NCBI GenBank assembly: GCA_016189845.1
Contig: JACPRT010000009.1
Span: 1 to 35,413 of the forward strand
Direction: 5' to 3'
DNA from: Chloroflexota bacterium
GTDB lineage: Bacteria; Chloroflexota; Dehalococcoidia; Lucifugimonadales; Lucifugimonadaceae
Length of the DNA: 35,413 nt
The position numbers and the translations under genes are program-made. This document shows positions 1-8,739 of the stretch, piece by piece. Below the pieces are notes generated by a model. The model was not told the origin of the DNA and made no database searches. It saw nothing but the letters and a program-made list of their open reading frames with translations. Every line of letters starts with the position of its first letter. Positions within the stretch are counted from its first letter, which is position 1.

Positions 1-40
1 ACGCATGAGGTCGGAGGTTCGAGCCCTCCATCGCCCACCA
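1..40 (+). tRNA. 3' fragment of a tRNA cut by the window edge, probably a tRNA-Val isoacceptor
   Basis: T-arm GGAGG-TTCGAGC-CCTCC, then acceptor 3' strand ATCGCCC, discriminator A and encoded CCA ending at 40. The acceptor strand is identical to the complete tRNA-Val at 3563-3639. The leading 'ac' fits the end of a Val anticodon loop. Confidence 0.6.
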
Positions 41-54
41 GTCAGATCCACCGT

Positions 55-141
55 GCCGAGGTGGCGAAATGGCAGACGCGCTACGTTCAGGGCGTAGTGC
101 CTGTAACGGGCGTGAGAGTTCGAATCTCTCCCTCGGCACCA
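55..141 (+). tRNA. tRNA-Leu (anticodon CAG), class II with long variable arm, encoded CCA
   Basis: Acceptor GCCGAGG/CCTCGGC. Anticodon stem CTACG/CGTAG with loop TTCAGGG (CAG, G37). 3-bp D stem, long variable arm, T-arm GAGAG-TTCGAAT-CTCTC. Confidence 0.9.
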
Positions 142-158
142 CCGTAGAATGGTTTCGT

Positions 159-234
159 GCGCCTGTAGCTCAATGGATAGAGCGCAGCCCTGCGAAGGCT
201 GAGGTTGTGGGTTCGAGCCCCGCCAGGCGCGCCA
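159..234 (+). tRNA. tRNA-Arg (anticodon GCG), encoded CCA
   Basis: Acceptor GCGCCTG/CAGGCGC. D arm GCTC-AATGGATA-GAGC with A20. Anticodon stem CAGCC/GGCTG with loop CTGCGAA (G34 C35 G36). T loop TTCGAGC. Confidence 0.85.
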
Positions 235-247
235 TTGCTTCTTGTCC

Positions 248-1228
248 CTAGACCGGCAGGACTACCGACTCCGGGTCCTTGCCTTCGGCCACACGCATCG
301 TGTTGTGGACCGCGAAGTCCAGCGATTTCTCGCGCGCCTCGATGCTCAGGCCGGCAAGGTGGGGCGTCAGCACGACGTTGTCCATCTTCAGCAGCGGGTT
401 GTCCATCGAGAGAGGCTCTAGCTCCTGAACGTCGAGACCTGCGCCGGCGATCTTCTTGGCCTTCAGCGCACGAGTCAGAGCCGCCTCATCGACCACGGGA
501 CCGCGGCATGTGTTGACGAGGATCGCAGTCGGCTTCATCAGGTCGAACTCGCGGTCCGAGATCATTCCTCTGGTGACGCGATTGAGCGGCACGTGCAACG
601 TCACGAGGTCGGACGTGCGTAGTAGCTCGTCGAGAGATACCCGCTTCGCCCCGGCCGCCTTCTCATCGTCGGGCGGGATTTTCGCAACGTCGTAGTACAC
701 GATCTCGCACTCCCATCCCGCCAGTCGCTTTGCGACCCGGGAGCCGATCCGGCCCAGGCCGATGATGCCGACGCGCTTGCCGGTCAGCTCGTGGAATTCC
801 TCCCACCGCTCGAAGAATCCCTGGCTGTACTTGCCTTCGTACAGCTGGCGGATCTGCACGCGTGCCTGTCGATACGCGGAAACCATGAGCATCACGGCGT
901 ACTCTGCAACAGCCACGGCATTACCGCCGAAGTTGTTGGCGGTCTTGATTCCCATTTCCGCCATCTCATTCACCGGCAGGTAGTCGGTGCCAGCCGACAG
1001 CACCTGCACCAGCTTGAGCCTCCTGGCTGCGCGTGCGACGTCGAGGTTGAACGTGCGTCCCCATGGGATTATCACCGTCGCATCGGCGACCGCCTTCATG
1101 ACCTCCTGTTGTGTGACACCCTGCGGCAGGGCGACGATTTCAAGGCCGGCCGGTGCGCGCTCCTTGAGGCGCTCGACCTCCCAGTCATGGCGGTATCCGA
1201 TGTAAACGAGCTTGGCTTTCGGCGGCAT
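248..1228 (-). CDS. D-isomer-specific 2-hydroxyacid dehydrogenase family (glyoxylate/hydroxypyruvate reductase or PGDH-like)
   Basis: NAD-binding GIIGLGRIGSRVAKRL, RGPVVDEAAL, LDVQELEP and TPHLAG motifs. AGGAG Shine-Dalgarno 6 nt upstream of ATG 1228. Lies 20 nt downstream of the ctaG-like gene. Confidence 0.85.
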   Translation of the reverse strand: MPPKAKLVYIGYRHDWEVERLKERAPAGLEIVALPQGVTQQEVMKAVADATVIIPWGRTFNLDVARAARRLKLVQVLSAGTDYLPVNEMAEMGIKTANNFGGNAVAVAEYAVMLMVSAYRQARVQIRQLYEGKYSQGFFERWEEFHELTGKRVGIIGLGRIGSRVAKRLAGWECEIVYYDVAKIPPDDEKAAGAKRVSLDELLRTSDLVTLHVPLNRVTRGMISDREFDLMKPTAILVNTCRGPVVDEAALTRALKAKKIAGAGLDVQELEPLSMDNPLLKMDNVVLTPHLAGLSIEAREKSLDFAVHNTMRVAEGKDPESVVLPV

Positions 1229-1248
1229 GGTGAACTCCTATTGAGGGG

Positions 1249-2211
1249 TCAGATTCTACTCATCGCCCGTCTCCGGCGCGCAAGCTCGGCCATCGCCTTT
1301 GCGCTGCTCTCCTTCTCTTCTTGCAGGAACCACATCACGAACACAACTCCGGCGATGACGACGCTCATCATCTCCATCGGGAGCCAGAGGATCAGGCCAC
1401 CGATCAGCTGGTCGTCGATCGATGAGAGCGGCCACACGTGGACTGATTCACCGTAGGCGCCGTACAGGACCACGCTCGAAAAGACGATCATCGCACCGAG
1501 GACCGTGTTAGGGATGATCGTGATGGCCACGTAGAGCACCCGCATCCCGTAATGGATTCGGGAGCGATGCGGGGCGGGGTCGATGACCAGCCACCAGTAC
1601 AGCATCGCCGTTCCGAACATCGTGAAGTGCATCAGCAGGTGCACGGCTGTGTTGCGGACGACCAGGTTCTGCAGCTCTTGAATCTGCCAGACCCAGAGCG
1701 TGCCGATGAACAGGGCGAGCGTGATCAGCGGATGTGTGAAGCGCACGTATAGGGCGCGCATGCGCCGGTTGCCTGCAACCGGGCGCACGAAATCATGGAG
1801 CGCTCCCTCCGGAAGGCCGCGCAACACGGGTGTCAACGGCGCCCCCAGAAGGATGAGCACCGGGGCGACGACTCGCAGCAGGAGGTGCTGGATCTGATGC
1901 ATGAAGAAGAACTGGTCGGAGAGCGCATCGATCGGCGACACAAGCGCCGCAAAGACCGCGAGCTGGCCGGCGACGAATGAGACGCGCTGCCAGAAGCGGA
2001 CAGGATGAGAACCGTGCGACCACTTTCTCAATCCGTTGAAATACAGGAAGCCCAAAACGAGCGGTCCAAAGATCCCGATCGGGTCCGGAGTCCACATCGA
2101 CCAGATGCTGGCGGCCGGCCCGTGGGGCCCGGCATGCGCTGGCGCCGCGCCGATCTGAACGAGACCTGCGGCCGCGATCAGGAGAAACAGGAGCGTGTAA
2201 AGGCGGTTCAT
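1249..2211 (-). CDS. ctaG: Cytochrome c oxidase assembly factor CtaG (Caa3_CtaG family) membrane protein
   Basis: Multi-TM protein with FFFMHQIQHLLLRVVAPVLILLGAP and DDQLIGGLILWLP motifs typical of Bacillus-type CtaG. Start placed at ATG 2211 (MNRLYTLLFLL, signal-like N-terminus, TACACT box 7 nt upstream). The longest ORF extends to ATG 2280. Confidence 0.7.
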   Translation of the reverse strand: MNRLYTLLFLLIAAAGLVQIGAAPAHAGPHGPAASIWSMWTPDPIGIFGPLVLGFLYFNGLRKWSHGSHPVRFWQRVSFVAGQLAVFAALVSPIDALSDQFFFMHQIQHLLLRVVAPVLILLGAPLTPVLRGLPEGALHDFVRPVAGNRRMRALYVRFTHPLITLALFIGTLWVWQIQELQNLVVRNTAVHLLMHFTMFGTAMLYWWLVIDPAPHRSRIHYGMRVLYVAITIIPNTVLGAMIVFSSVVLYGAYGESVHVWPLSSIDDQLIGGLILWLPMEMMSVVIAGVVFVMWFLQEEKESSAKAMAELARRRRAMSRI

Positions 2212-2218
2212 CGGGAGA

Positions 2219-2224
2219 AGTGTA
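2219..2224 (-). promoter_or_regulatory. Candidate -10 box TACACT, 7 nt upstream of ctaG ATG (leaderless-type)
   Basis: Minus strand reads cgTACACTtctcccgATG. No Shine-Dalgarno is present. Confidence 0.3.
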
Positions 2225-2265
2225 CGGTGGGTTGACCGGGCACACCCGGCCGCATAAAGTGGTCT

Positions 2266-2279
2266 TGCGAAAAGTCGCA
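2266..2279. promoter_or_regulatory. Inverted repeat TGCGA-N4-TCGCA, candidate Fur-family operator
   Basis: Perfect 5-bp arms, 13 nt upstream of the fur-family ATG. It sits within a near-direct repeat: CGCATAAAG at 2251-2259 and CGCATAAGG at 2276-2284. Confidence 0.3.
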
Positions 2280-2291
2280 TAAGGGAAAACT

Positions 2292-2720
2292 ATGGGTTGC
2301 GAGGCAAGGACCGCAGAAGAGCTCAAGGCTCGTGGCCAGCGCCTGACCCAGAACCGGCTCATGGTGCTGTGCACCCTGCGCCACGCGGGCCGCCACATGA
2401 CGCCGGCGGAGCTGCTGGACGAAGTCCGGCAGGCCTACCCGCATGTGCCGCCGTCGACCGTCTACCGGACCCTGGCCTCCCTCCGCGACGCGGGTGTGAT
2501 CTCGGAGACCCGGCAGAGCGGCGAGACCGAATACGAGTGGCCGGACCAGCCGCACCATCACCTGACTTGCCGCAGCTGCCGCAAGGAGGTGAGCATCCCG
2601 CACGGCTACTTCGCCCCGGTCGAGCGGCGGATCACCGCCGATTCCGGATTCCAGGTTGACCTCTCGCACATCGCTCTTTCCGGGCTGTGTCCGGACTGCC
2701 GGGGCACGGACGAGAAATGA
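2292..2720 (+). CDS. Fur-family metalloregulator (Fur/Zur/Nur/PerR type, subtype unresolved)
   Basis: LTQNRLMVLCTL winged-helix region, STVYRTLASLRDAGVI recognition helix, HHHLTCRSCRKE and LCPDCRG CxxC pairs. Confidence 0.85.
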   Translation: MGCEARTAEELKARGQRLTQNRLMVLCTLRHAGRHMTPAELLDEVRQAYPHVPPSTVYRTLASLRDAGVISETRQSGETEYEWPDQPHHHLTCRSCRKEVSIPHGYFAPVERRITADSGFQVDLSHIALSGLCPDCRGTDEK

Positions 2721-3466
2721 ACGAGCTGGGGTTCGCCCTCTTGATTTCCGGGGTCGGGCTGGGCCTCCGGCACGGGATCGACTGGGACCACATCGCGGCC
2801 ATCACCGACGTCACCGGGGCCCAGCCGTCGAGGGCACGTGCCCTTTTGATGGCGTCGCTGTATGCCCTCGGCCACGCCGCGGTAGTGGTGGCCATCGGCC
2901 TGGTCGCCATCTGGTTCGGATCGACGCTTCCGGAATGGGTCGATCGCCATTTAGAGACCGTCGTCGGGATCACGCTGGTCGCCCTTGGGGCGTGGGTGTT
3001 CTGGTCGTTGCGCAAGAACCATGGGCACCTGGTCCTCAAGAGCCGCTGGATGCTCGTATTTCAGGGTGCAAGGAGCGTCTGGCGTAAAGCCAGAGCATGG
3101 ATTTCAGGCAAGCCGGCCGAACCGCTGAGCGAGACGCGGTCCGGTTACTACGGGGCGATGGCTTCGACGGGTATCGGCATGATCCACGGCATCGGCGCCG
3201 AGACCGGGACGCAGGCGTTGTTGCTGGCCGCGGCGGCCGGCGCGACGTCGGTGATCGCGGGGAGCTTCCTGCTGGCGGCCTTCGCGGTCGGCCTGGTGCT
3301 GTCGAACACGCTCATCGCGGTCGCATCGCTGGCGGGCCTGATCGGCGCACGAGGCGGCCGGGCCGTGCAACTGGCGCTGGGGACGCTTGTCGGGTCGTTC
3401 AGCCTCGTGGTCGGCTTCCTTTTCCTGATCCAGAAGGGGAGCATCCTGCCCGGGTTCTTCGGCTGA
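2717..3466 (+). CDS. NicO/NiCoT-superfamily metal (Ni/Co-type) permease
   Basis: GLRHGIDWDHIAAITD resembles the NiCoT signature RHA-x-DADHI. Second motif GMIHGIGAETGTQ. Polytopic membrane protein. ATG 2717 overlaps the fur stop (ATGA). Confidence 0.6.
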   Translation: MNELGFALLISGVGLGLRHGIDWDHIAAITDVTGAQPSRARALLMASLYALGHAAVVVAIGLVAIWFGSTLPEWVDRHLETVVGITLVALGAWVFWSLRKNHGHLVLKSRWMLVFQGARSVWRKARAWISGKPAEPLSETRSGYYGAMASTGIGMIHGIGAETGTQALLLAAAAGATSVIAGSFLLAAFAVGLVLSNTLIAVASLAGLIGARGGRAVQLALGTLVGSFSLVVGFLFLIQKGSILPGFFG

Positions 3467-3530
3467 ACCCACGAATCCGATCGCGGCTTTTTGGGGTACT
3501 CATCGGCGGGGCTGGACACGCGCGGTAATG

Positions 3531-3536
3531 TAGAAT
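3531..3536 (+). promoter_or_regulatory. Candidate -10 box TAGAAT for tRNA-Val
   Basis: TAGAAT lies 27 nt upstream of the mature tRNA 5' end. No convincing -35 was found. Confidence 0.2.
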
Positions 3537-3562
3537 TCCGGCACCTGTCTCGATACGAGCGG

Positions 3563-3639
3563 GGGCGATTAGCTCAGCCGGTCAGAGCGTCTGTCTTACA
3601 CACAGAAGGTCAGAGGTTCGAGTCCTCTATCGCCCACCA
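3563..3639 (+). tRNA. tRNA-Val (anticodon TAC), encoded CCA
   Basis: Acceptor GGGCGAT/ATCGCCC. Anticodon stem TCTGT/ACAGA with loop CTTACAC. Variable loop AGGTC. T-arm AGAGG-TTCGAGT-CCTCT. Confidence 0.9.
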
Positions 3640-3742
3640 TGAACCAGCACGGGTACGGGACCGCTGGCGATAATTGGCCGCGCCATCGGGGCGCATAGTC
3701 TGCGTATGCGACCGCTGCATACCGTTTGGAAGGGGTTCGACC

Positions 3743-4714
3743 GTGACAATCGCCACGGAGCCCGGCGTTCTTGGGCAAAAGATCGTCGACAACGTCTCGA
3801 AGGTGATCGTCGGCAAGACCGATGCCATTCGCCTGGGCGTGATCGCCCTCATCGCCCGCGGCCACGCCCTTATCGAGGACGTGCCGGGGGTCGGCAAGAC
3901 CATGCTGGCAAGAAGCCTCGCGCGCTCGGCCGGATGCAAGTTCCGCCGGATCCAGTTCACTCCCGACATCCTGCCCAGCGACGTCACCGGCGTGTCGGTC
4001 TACAACCAGAAGACCAACGAGTTCGAATTCCGCCACGGTCCGATCATGGCGGAGATCGTGCTTGCCGACGAGGTCAACCGGGCGACGCCGAAGACGCAGT
4101 CGGCCCTGCTTGAAGCCATGGAAGAGCGCCAGGTCACGGTCGATGGCGTCACATACGGCCTGCCGAGGCCGTTCATGGTCCTGGCGACACAGAATCCCAT
4201 CGAATACGAGGGGACGTTCCCGCTGCCCGAGGCGCAGCTCGACCGGTTCTTCCTGCGGATCGGCCTGGGCTACCCGAGCCCCGCCGACGAAGTCGCCATC
4301 ATGGGCCGGCAGCAGCTCGTTGACCCGTTCGAGACGCTGGAACCGGTCGCCACGCCTTCGCAGATTGCGGCACTGCAGGATGCGGCCAGGCAGATCTACA
4401 TCGACGACCTGGTCAAGGAATACATCGTCGCACTGGTCAACGGTACCCGCTCCCACCCCGACGCCGCGCTCGGCGCGTCGCCTCGGGCCTCGCTGTCGTT
4501 GATGCGCGGTGCGCAGGCGCGGGCGCTGATGGATGCCCGCGATTACGTCCTGCCGGACGACGTCAAGGCGATCGCGGGCGCGGTGATGAGCCACCGGGTG
4601 ATCCTGTCTCCGGGCGCTCGCATGCGCGGCGTCACCGGTGACACCCTCGTGGACGAGGTGTTGGAGAAGGTACCGGTCCCGGGTGCCAAGCCGAAGGTAC
4701 GGGCAAGCAAGTAG
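3743..4714 (+). CDS. MoxR-family AAA+ ATPase
   Basis: Walker [24 protein letters not shown], Walker [33 protein letters not shown] 3743 chosen because GGAAGGGG lies 7 nt upstream and N-terminal length is typical. The longest ORF starts at TTG 3674. Confidence 0.85.
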   Translation: MTIATEPGVLGQKIVDNVSKVIVGKTDAIRLGVIALIARGHALIEDVPGVGKTMLARSLARSAGCKFRRIQFTPDILPSDVTGVSVYNQKTNEFEFRHGPIMAEIVLADEVNRATPKTQSALLEAMEERQVTVDGVTYGLPRPFMVLATQNPIEYEGTFPLPEAQLDRFFLRIGLGYPSPADEVAIMGRQQLVDPFETLEPVATPSQIAALQDAARQIYIDDLVKEYIVALVNGTRSHPDAALGASPRASLSLMRGAQARALMDARDYVLPDDVKAIAGAVMSHRVILSPGARMRGVTGDTLVDEVLEKVPVPGAKPKVRASK

Positions 4715-4731
4715 CGCGGCGTACGGACTCG

Positions 4732-6087
4732 ATGAGAGCCCAGACACTACCGAGGCCATATCGCAGCCGAAACGCCGCAGGGTCATCGCGCCCGGTCCCG
4801 GCGGCGGTGGCGGCCGGGCTGAGGAAGCTGGCGCGCCAGCGTCGTCCCGTATACGCGATCGTCGCCATGATGGTCGTCCTGCTCGTGTCCGGCATGGCCA
4901 CCGGGTTCGATCTGGCGGTCAAGCTGAACTACGTGTTCGGCGCCGTACTCGTCATCTCGTTCGTGTGGGCCAAATGGGGCATCGGCCGCCTCAGCGTGCA
5001 CGTCGACCGGCCCAAAGGCGACCTGTCGGTGGGCGACGAGCTCCACGAGGTGATCACGGTCCGCAATTCCGGTGGGCCGCCCCGCGCATGGATCGAGATC
5101 GAGGACATCACCGACATCCCGAATGTCAGCCTGGGGCGCGTCGTCAGCCTGCCGGGAATCGTGACCTTCCGCCGGGTCGAAGCCAGGGCGAAACTCGTCC
5201 AACGAGGCGAATACACGCTCGGCCCGCTCGTGATCCGGTCGGCAGACCCGTTCGGCATATTCCCTCAGGAAAAAAGCGTCGCGGATGCGAGGCGAATCAG
5301 GGTCTACCCGCGCATCCTCGACTTGCCAGACTACGTGCTCCCTTCAACTGAACTGTCCGGAGAGCATGCCAGACGGCGTCGCTCACCTATGCTGTCCCCT
5401 GAGGTGTCGTCGATCCGTGAGTACGAGCCGGGCGATGCCATCAGCAGGATCCACTGGCCAAGCACGGCACGCACCGGCCAGCTGATGGTAAAGCTGTTCG
5501 ACCGCGGCCGTGCGGGCGAAGTCTGGATCGTCTTCGATCAGGAAGCCCGTGTGCAGGCGGGTGCAGGGCGGGAATCGACCGACGAATACGGCGCCACGAT
5601 CGCCGCGTCCACCGCCCATCGCTACCTGTCCATGCAATTGCCGGTCGGATACTCGGCCCATGGGAGCGAGTCGCTCGTCATGGCGCCCGAGCGTGGATCG
5701 GGCCAGCGCGAAGCCATCTTCGAGCACCTGGTGACGAGCAAGCCAGCGGGCACACACCCGCTGTTCAACGCTCTCACTGACATCGAACGTGAACTGGGCC
5801 GCAATTCTTCGCTCGTCGTGATTACGGCGTCGGCTCAACCCGAATGGGTCGATGCTGTGACCAGCCTCCAGAAGCGTGGTGTGCGAGCCAATGTTGTGCT
5901 TCTGGATCCCGCAACGTTCGGCGGTTCGTGGTCTATCGACGACGTGCGTTTGCGGCTGCTGGCAGGCGGCGCCAGGACGTTCATCGTGAAGCGCGGCGCG
6001 TCGATCCAGGCCGCGCTCTCCGAACCGGAGACGATGGGGCCGAGGGCTGGCATGGGCCGCAGGATGCTCCTGGAGCGTGCACGATGA
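4732..6087 (+). CDS. DUF58 domain protein (vWA-like MoxR partner), N-terminal TM segments
   Basis: Hallmark DUF58 motif REYEPGDAISRIHWPSTARTGQLMVKLFD. Gene sits directly after moxR. Confidence 0.8.
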   Translation: MRAQTLPRPYRSRNAAGSSRPVPAAVAAGLRKLARQRRPVYAIVAMMVVLLVSGMATGFDLAVKLNYVFGAVLVISFVWAKWGIGRLSVHVDRPKGDLSVGDELHEVITVRNSGGPPRAWIEIEDITDIPNVSLGRVVSLPGIVTFRRVEARAKLVQRGEYTLGPLVIRSADPFGIFPQEKSVADARRIRVYPRILDLPDYVLPSTELSGEHARRRRSPMLSPEVSSIREYEPGDAISRIHWPSTARTGQLMVKLFDRGRAGEVWIVFDQEARVQAGAGRESTDEYGATIAASTAHRYLSMQLPVGYSAHGSESLVMAPERGSGQREAIFEHLVTSKPAGTHPLFNALTDIERELGRNSSLVVITASAQPEWVDAVTSLQKRGVRANVVLLDPATFGGSWSIDDVRLRLLAGGARTFIVKRGASIQAALSEPETMGPRAGMGRRMLLERAR

Positions 6088-8675
6088 CCGTCCGTACTGG
6101 CACGCTTGGCGGGGCGGCCGAGGGCATCCACGGCGACGCGAGCCTCTCCGAACGCCTGAATAGCTGGCTGGCGCGCAACCTCCAATTCCGTCCCTACGAC
6201 GACATCGGCGCCATTGTTCTCGTCGCCGGCCTCCTGGCGGCGGTTGGCTGGTCCGTGCAATTGTCCCGCTGGGGCAACGCGCCGTTCATCCACGCCACCA
6301 TGCTGATTGCCGGGATCGCCGGGTTCCTTTTCGCCCGGTGGCGGCCTCACTGGGCCATCGGGCACCTCGCCGCCCTGGCAGGCGGATTTGCCGTCGTCTT
6401 CTGGCAGGCCGGCTTCCGTACCGATGGGGACAACGTGATCGAGCGGACCCGGCAGGTGTGGGAACGCTTTTTCTTCTGGCTCGAGGCCGCGCGGACGGGT
6501 GGCATCAGTACGGACCTGGTCCCATTCACCGTCATGTTGCTTTCGGTGGCCTGGATCGTCAGCTATTTCGCGTCGTGGGCCGTCTTCAGGTGGCGGACGC
6601 CGTGGCTGGCCACGGTGTTGCTGGGCACAGCGATCCTGATCAACCTCAGCTACCGTCCCGGCAAGTACGAATACACGCTCTTCGTCTTCGCAGGCGTCGC
6701 GATGCTTCTGTTCGCGCACCTGGCGCACGTGAGCCGCGCGCGTCGCTGGCAGGCCTCAGGTATGGGCTTCCCGGCCGAGGCACGACGGCTGAACCTGCAG
6801 GACGGCATCCTCATGACGATGGCGGTTGTCACGCTTGCCGCGGTGGCGCCCATTTTCGAGCCTCGTTCCGGGGTGCTGACGAATACGGTGGGGCTCGCGA
6901 TGCGGGCGCCGGCCAAGCGACTGGAAGAACCGACCAAGCGCCTGCTCTCCGGCGTCAAGGGCCGTCCGCGAGTCCTTCTGCAGGATTTCGGCGCTGCGTT
7001 GCCGTTCCTGGGCACGTTCAGGCTCACCGAGACGCCTGTGATGTTCATCGAGACCCAGTACCCGACGCTGAACGCGGGGCATATCTACGAGATCTACACC
7101 TCGACGGGCTGGATCAACGGTGCGGCCGTGGAGATTTCTGTCCCCAAGGGTGCGGACGTCCCGGTGCCGGAAGAGCTGGCGGAGCAACTGTTGGCCACCC
7201 AGACGGTCCGCCCCGACTTCAACACGGTCACTGCGGTGCCGGCCGTTGGTACAGCCAGTTCCGACAGGCCGTTGCGCATACATGTCCTGCCACCGCTGGA
7301 ATGGGTGGTTACACCGTCCACGATCGACCTCGGGCCGAACACCCCCGAAGACGTCAAGGTTTTTCTGAGGTCGATACAGTCCCGTCCCGTAGAGGCGCGG
7401 CCGCGGGGCACGACCATCGAACAGGACCTGCAGTCAAGGTTGCCGGACGGCCTGCAGCTCAAGTCCGTCAGGGTGCAGGCCGGACGCTTCGTGTCCGTGA
7501 GGATCGGACGGCCCGGTCCGGCGATGTTCGACTCGGTCTCAGTGGACATCCCGGAAGGGGCGTTGGCCGGTACCGCCTACACGGTCACGCGGGCCATATC
7601 TACGGCGACCGACGAGCAGCTGTCGGAGGCCGGGACCGGCTATCCGGCATGGGTCACCGACCGGTACCTGCAGGTACCCGCTACGCTGCCCGGCCGGGTC
7701 CGTGACCTCACGGACCTGATCGTCGAGCGCGCCCGTGCCGAGACGCCGTGGGAGAAGACGGCAGCCATCGCGGCCTACCTCCGTTCGCTCAGCTACAGCC
7801 AGCAGATCAGGGGCCCGGCGGTCGGACAGGATGGGCTCGACTATTTCCTGTTCGAGACACGCGCCGAGCCGTGTCCCGTCGAGAGCCGGCTCCTTACGAC
7901 CTGCCAGCAGGGTCAGGCCAAGGCGTACAGCCAGTATTTCGGTTCGGCAATGGCCGTGATGCTCCGCACGCAGGGCGTGCCGGCGCGCATGATCGCCGGC
8001 TATGCCCTCGGCGAATATGTCCCCGACGAAGGCCGTTTCGTGGTCCGCGACGCCGACCGTCATGGCTGGGCTCAGGCGTACTTCCCCGGTTACGGATGGA
8101 TAGACGTCGAGGCGACGCCCGGCTACCCGGTCATCGCCCGCGGAACGACGATCGATGAGTACAACCGGGGCGTCCCGGTCCCTCCGATTCCCTTCTCCGA
8201 GTTTGAGCAGGGATTCGAAGAAGATTTGAGTGAGTTCGAGGCGCTCGCGAGGCTCGCCGCCGGGCGGACGGGACTGGCCGACACCAGCGCCGGACTCGAT
8301 TCACGCGTCTACTGGGCGGCCGGAGCGGGCGGGCTGATACTCGCGCTGGTGCTCGCGGCCGCGGTCGTCTGGAACTTCGGGATGGGCTCGCTGGTGCCCG
8401 CCGAACGGGCATACGTCAAACTGACCCGGCTTGGCTGGATAGCCGGAATCCCCCGTATGCCGAGCCAGACTTCGACCGAATACGGGCACCGGGTCGACTT
8501 CTTCCTACCGAAGGCGGAAGGCGCCGGTCAGGCCCTGGCCCACAGATACAACGCACACGTGTACGGGCCGAAGGGCGTCCCGCCGGACGGTACGGATGAT
8601 GCCGAAGAGCTCTGGAAGAGGATCCGAGGTCCGCTGATGCGCCGCGCGCTGGGCCGACTCCTTCCGACCAGCTGA
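6084..8675 (+). CDS. Transglutaminase-like membrane protein (TgpA-like: N-terminal polytopic region, TGase core, C-terminal TM segment)
   Basis: Core YSQYFGSAMAVMLRTQGVPARMIAGY ... DRHGWAQAYFPGYGWIDVEATPG, with His and Asp present. ATG 6084 overlaps the DUF58 stop (ATGA). The longer ORF from 5844 is an overlap artefact. Confidence 0.8.
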   Translation: MTVRTGTLGGAAEGIHGDASLSERLNSWLARNLQFRPYDDIGAIVLVAGLLAAVGWSVQLSRWGNAPFIHATMLIAGIAGFLFARWRPHWAIGHLAALAGGFAVVFWQAGFRTDGDNVIERTRQVWERFFFWLEAARTGGISTDLVPFTVMLLSVAWIVSYFASWAVFRWRTPWLATVLLGTAILINLSYRPGKYEYTLFVFAGVAMLLFAHLAHVSRARRWQASGMGFPAEARRLNLQDGILMTMAVVTLAAVAPIFEPRSGVLTNTVGLAMRAPAKRLEEPTKRLLSGVKGRPRVLLQDFGAALPFLGTFRLTETPVMFIETQYPTLNAGHIYEIYTSTGWINGAAVEISVPKGADVPVPEELAEQLLATQTVRPDFNTVTAVPAVGTASSDRPLRIHVLPPLEWVVTPSTIDLGPNTPEDVKVFLRSIQSRPVEARPRGTTIEQDLQSRLPDGLQLKSVRVQAGRFVSVRIGRPGPAMFDSVSVDIPEGALAGTAYTVTRAISTATDEQLSEAGTGYPAWVTDRYLQVPATLPGRVRDLTDLIVERARAETPWEKTAAIAAYLRSLSYSQQIRGPAVGQDGLDYFLFETRAEPCPVESRLLTTCQQGQAKAYSQYFGSAMAVMLRTQGVPARMIAGYALGEYVPDEGRFVVRDADRHGWAQAYFPGYGWIDVEATPGYPVIARGTTIDEYNRGVPVPPIPFSEFEQGFEEDLSEFEALARLAAGRTGLADTSAGLDSRVYWAAGAGGLILALVLAAAVVWNFGMGSLVPAERAYVKLTRLGWIAGIPRMPSQTSTEYGHRVDFFLPKAEGAGQALAHRYNAHVYGPKGVPPDGTDDAEELWKRIRGPLMRRALGRLLPTS

Positions 8676-8727
8676 GTGCCCGCGACACCCGTGCCAATCG
8701 CCCAGTGACGAGATCGCACGCGCGTTG

Positions 8728-8733
8728 AATAAT
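8728..8733 (+). promoter_or_regulatory. Candidate -10 box AATAAT (preceded by TG), 6 nt upstream of ogt ATG 8740
   Basis: Sequence reads ttGAATAATcatccaATG, with no Shine-Dalgarno. Confidence 0.25.
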
Positions 8734-8739
8734 CATCCA

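Noticed and set aside
69-516. Small plus-strand ORFs (69..251 and 205..516)
   Set aside because: They overlap the tRNA-Leu and tRNA-Arg genes and the antisense of the dehydrogenase gene.
1-3639. tRNA cluster and tRNA-Val as attachment sites for an integrated element or genomic island
   Set aside because: No integrase, excisionase or transposase is present. I found no direct repeat of a tRNA 3' end; the shared ATCGCCCACCA belongs to two bona fide Val tRNAs. The flanking genes are housekeeping-type.
3596-4786. 396-aa ORF on the minus strand
   Set aside because: It is antisense to moxR and runs through the tRNA-Val, so it is not credible as coding.
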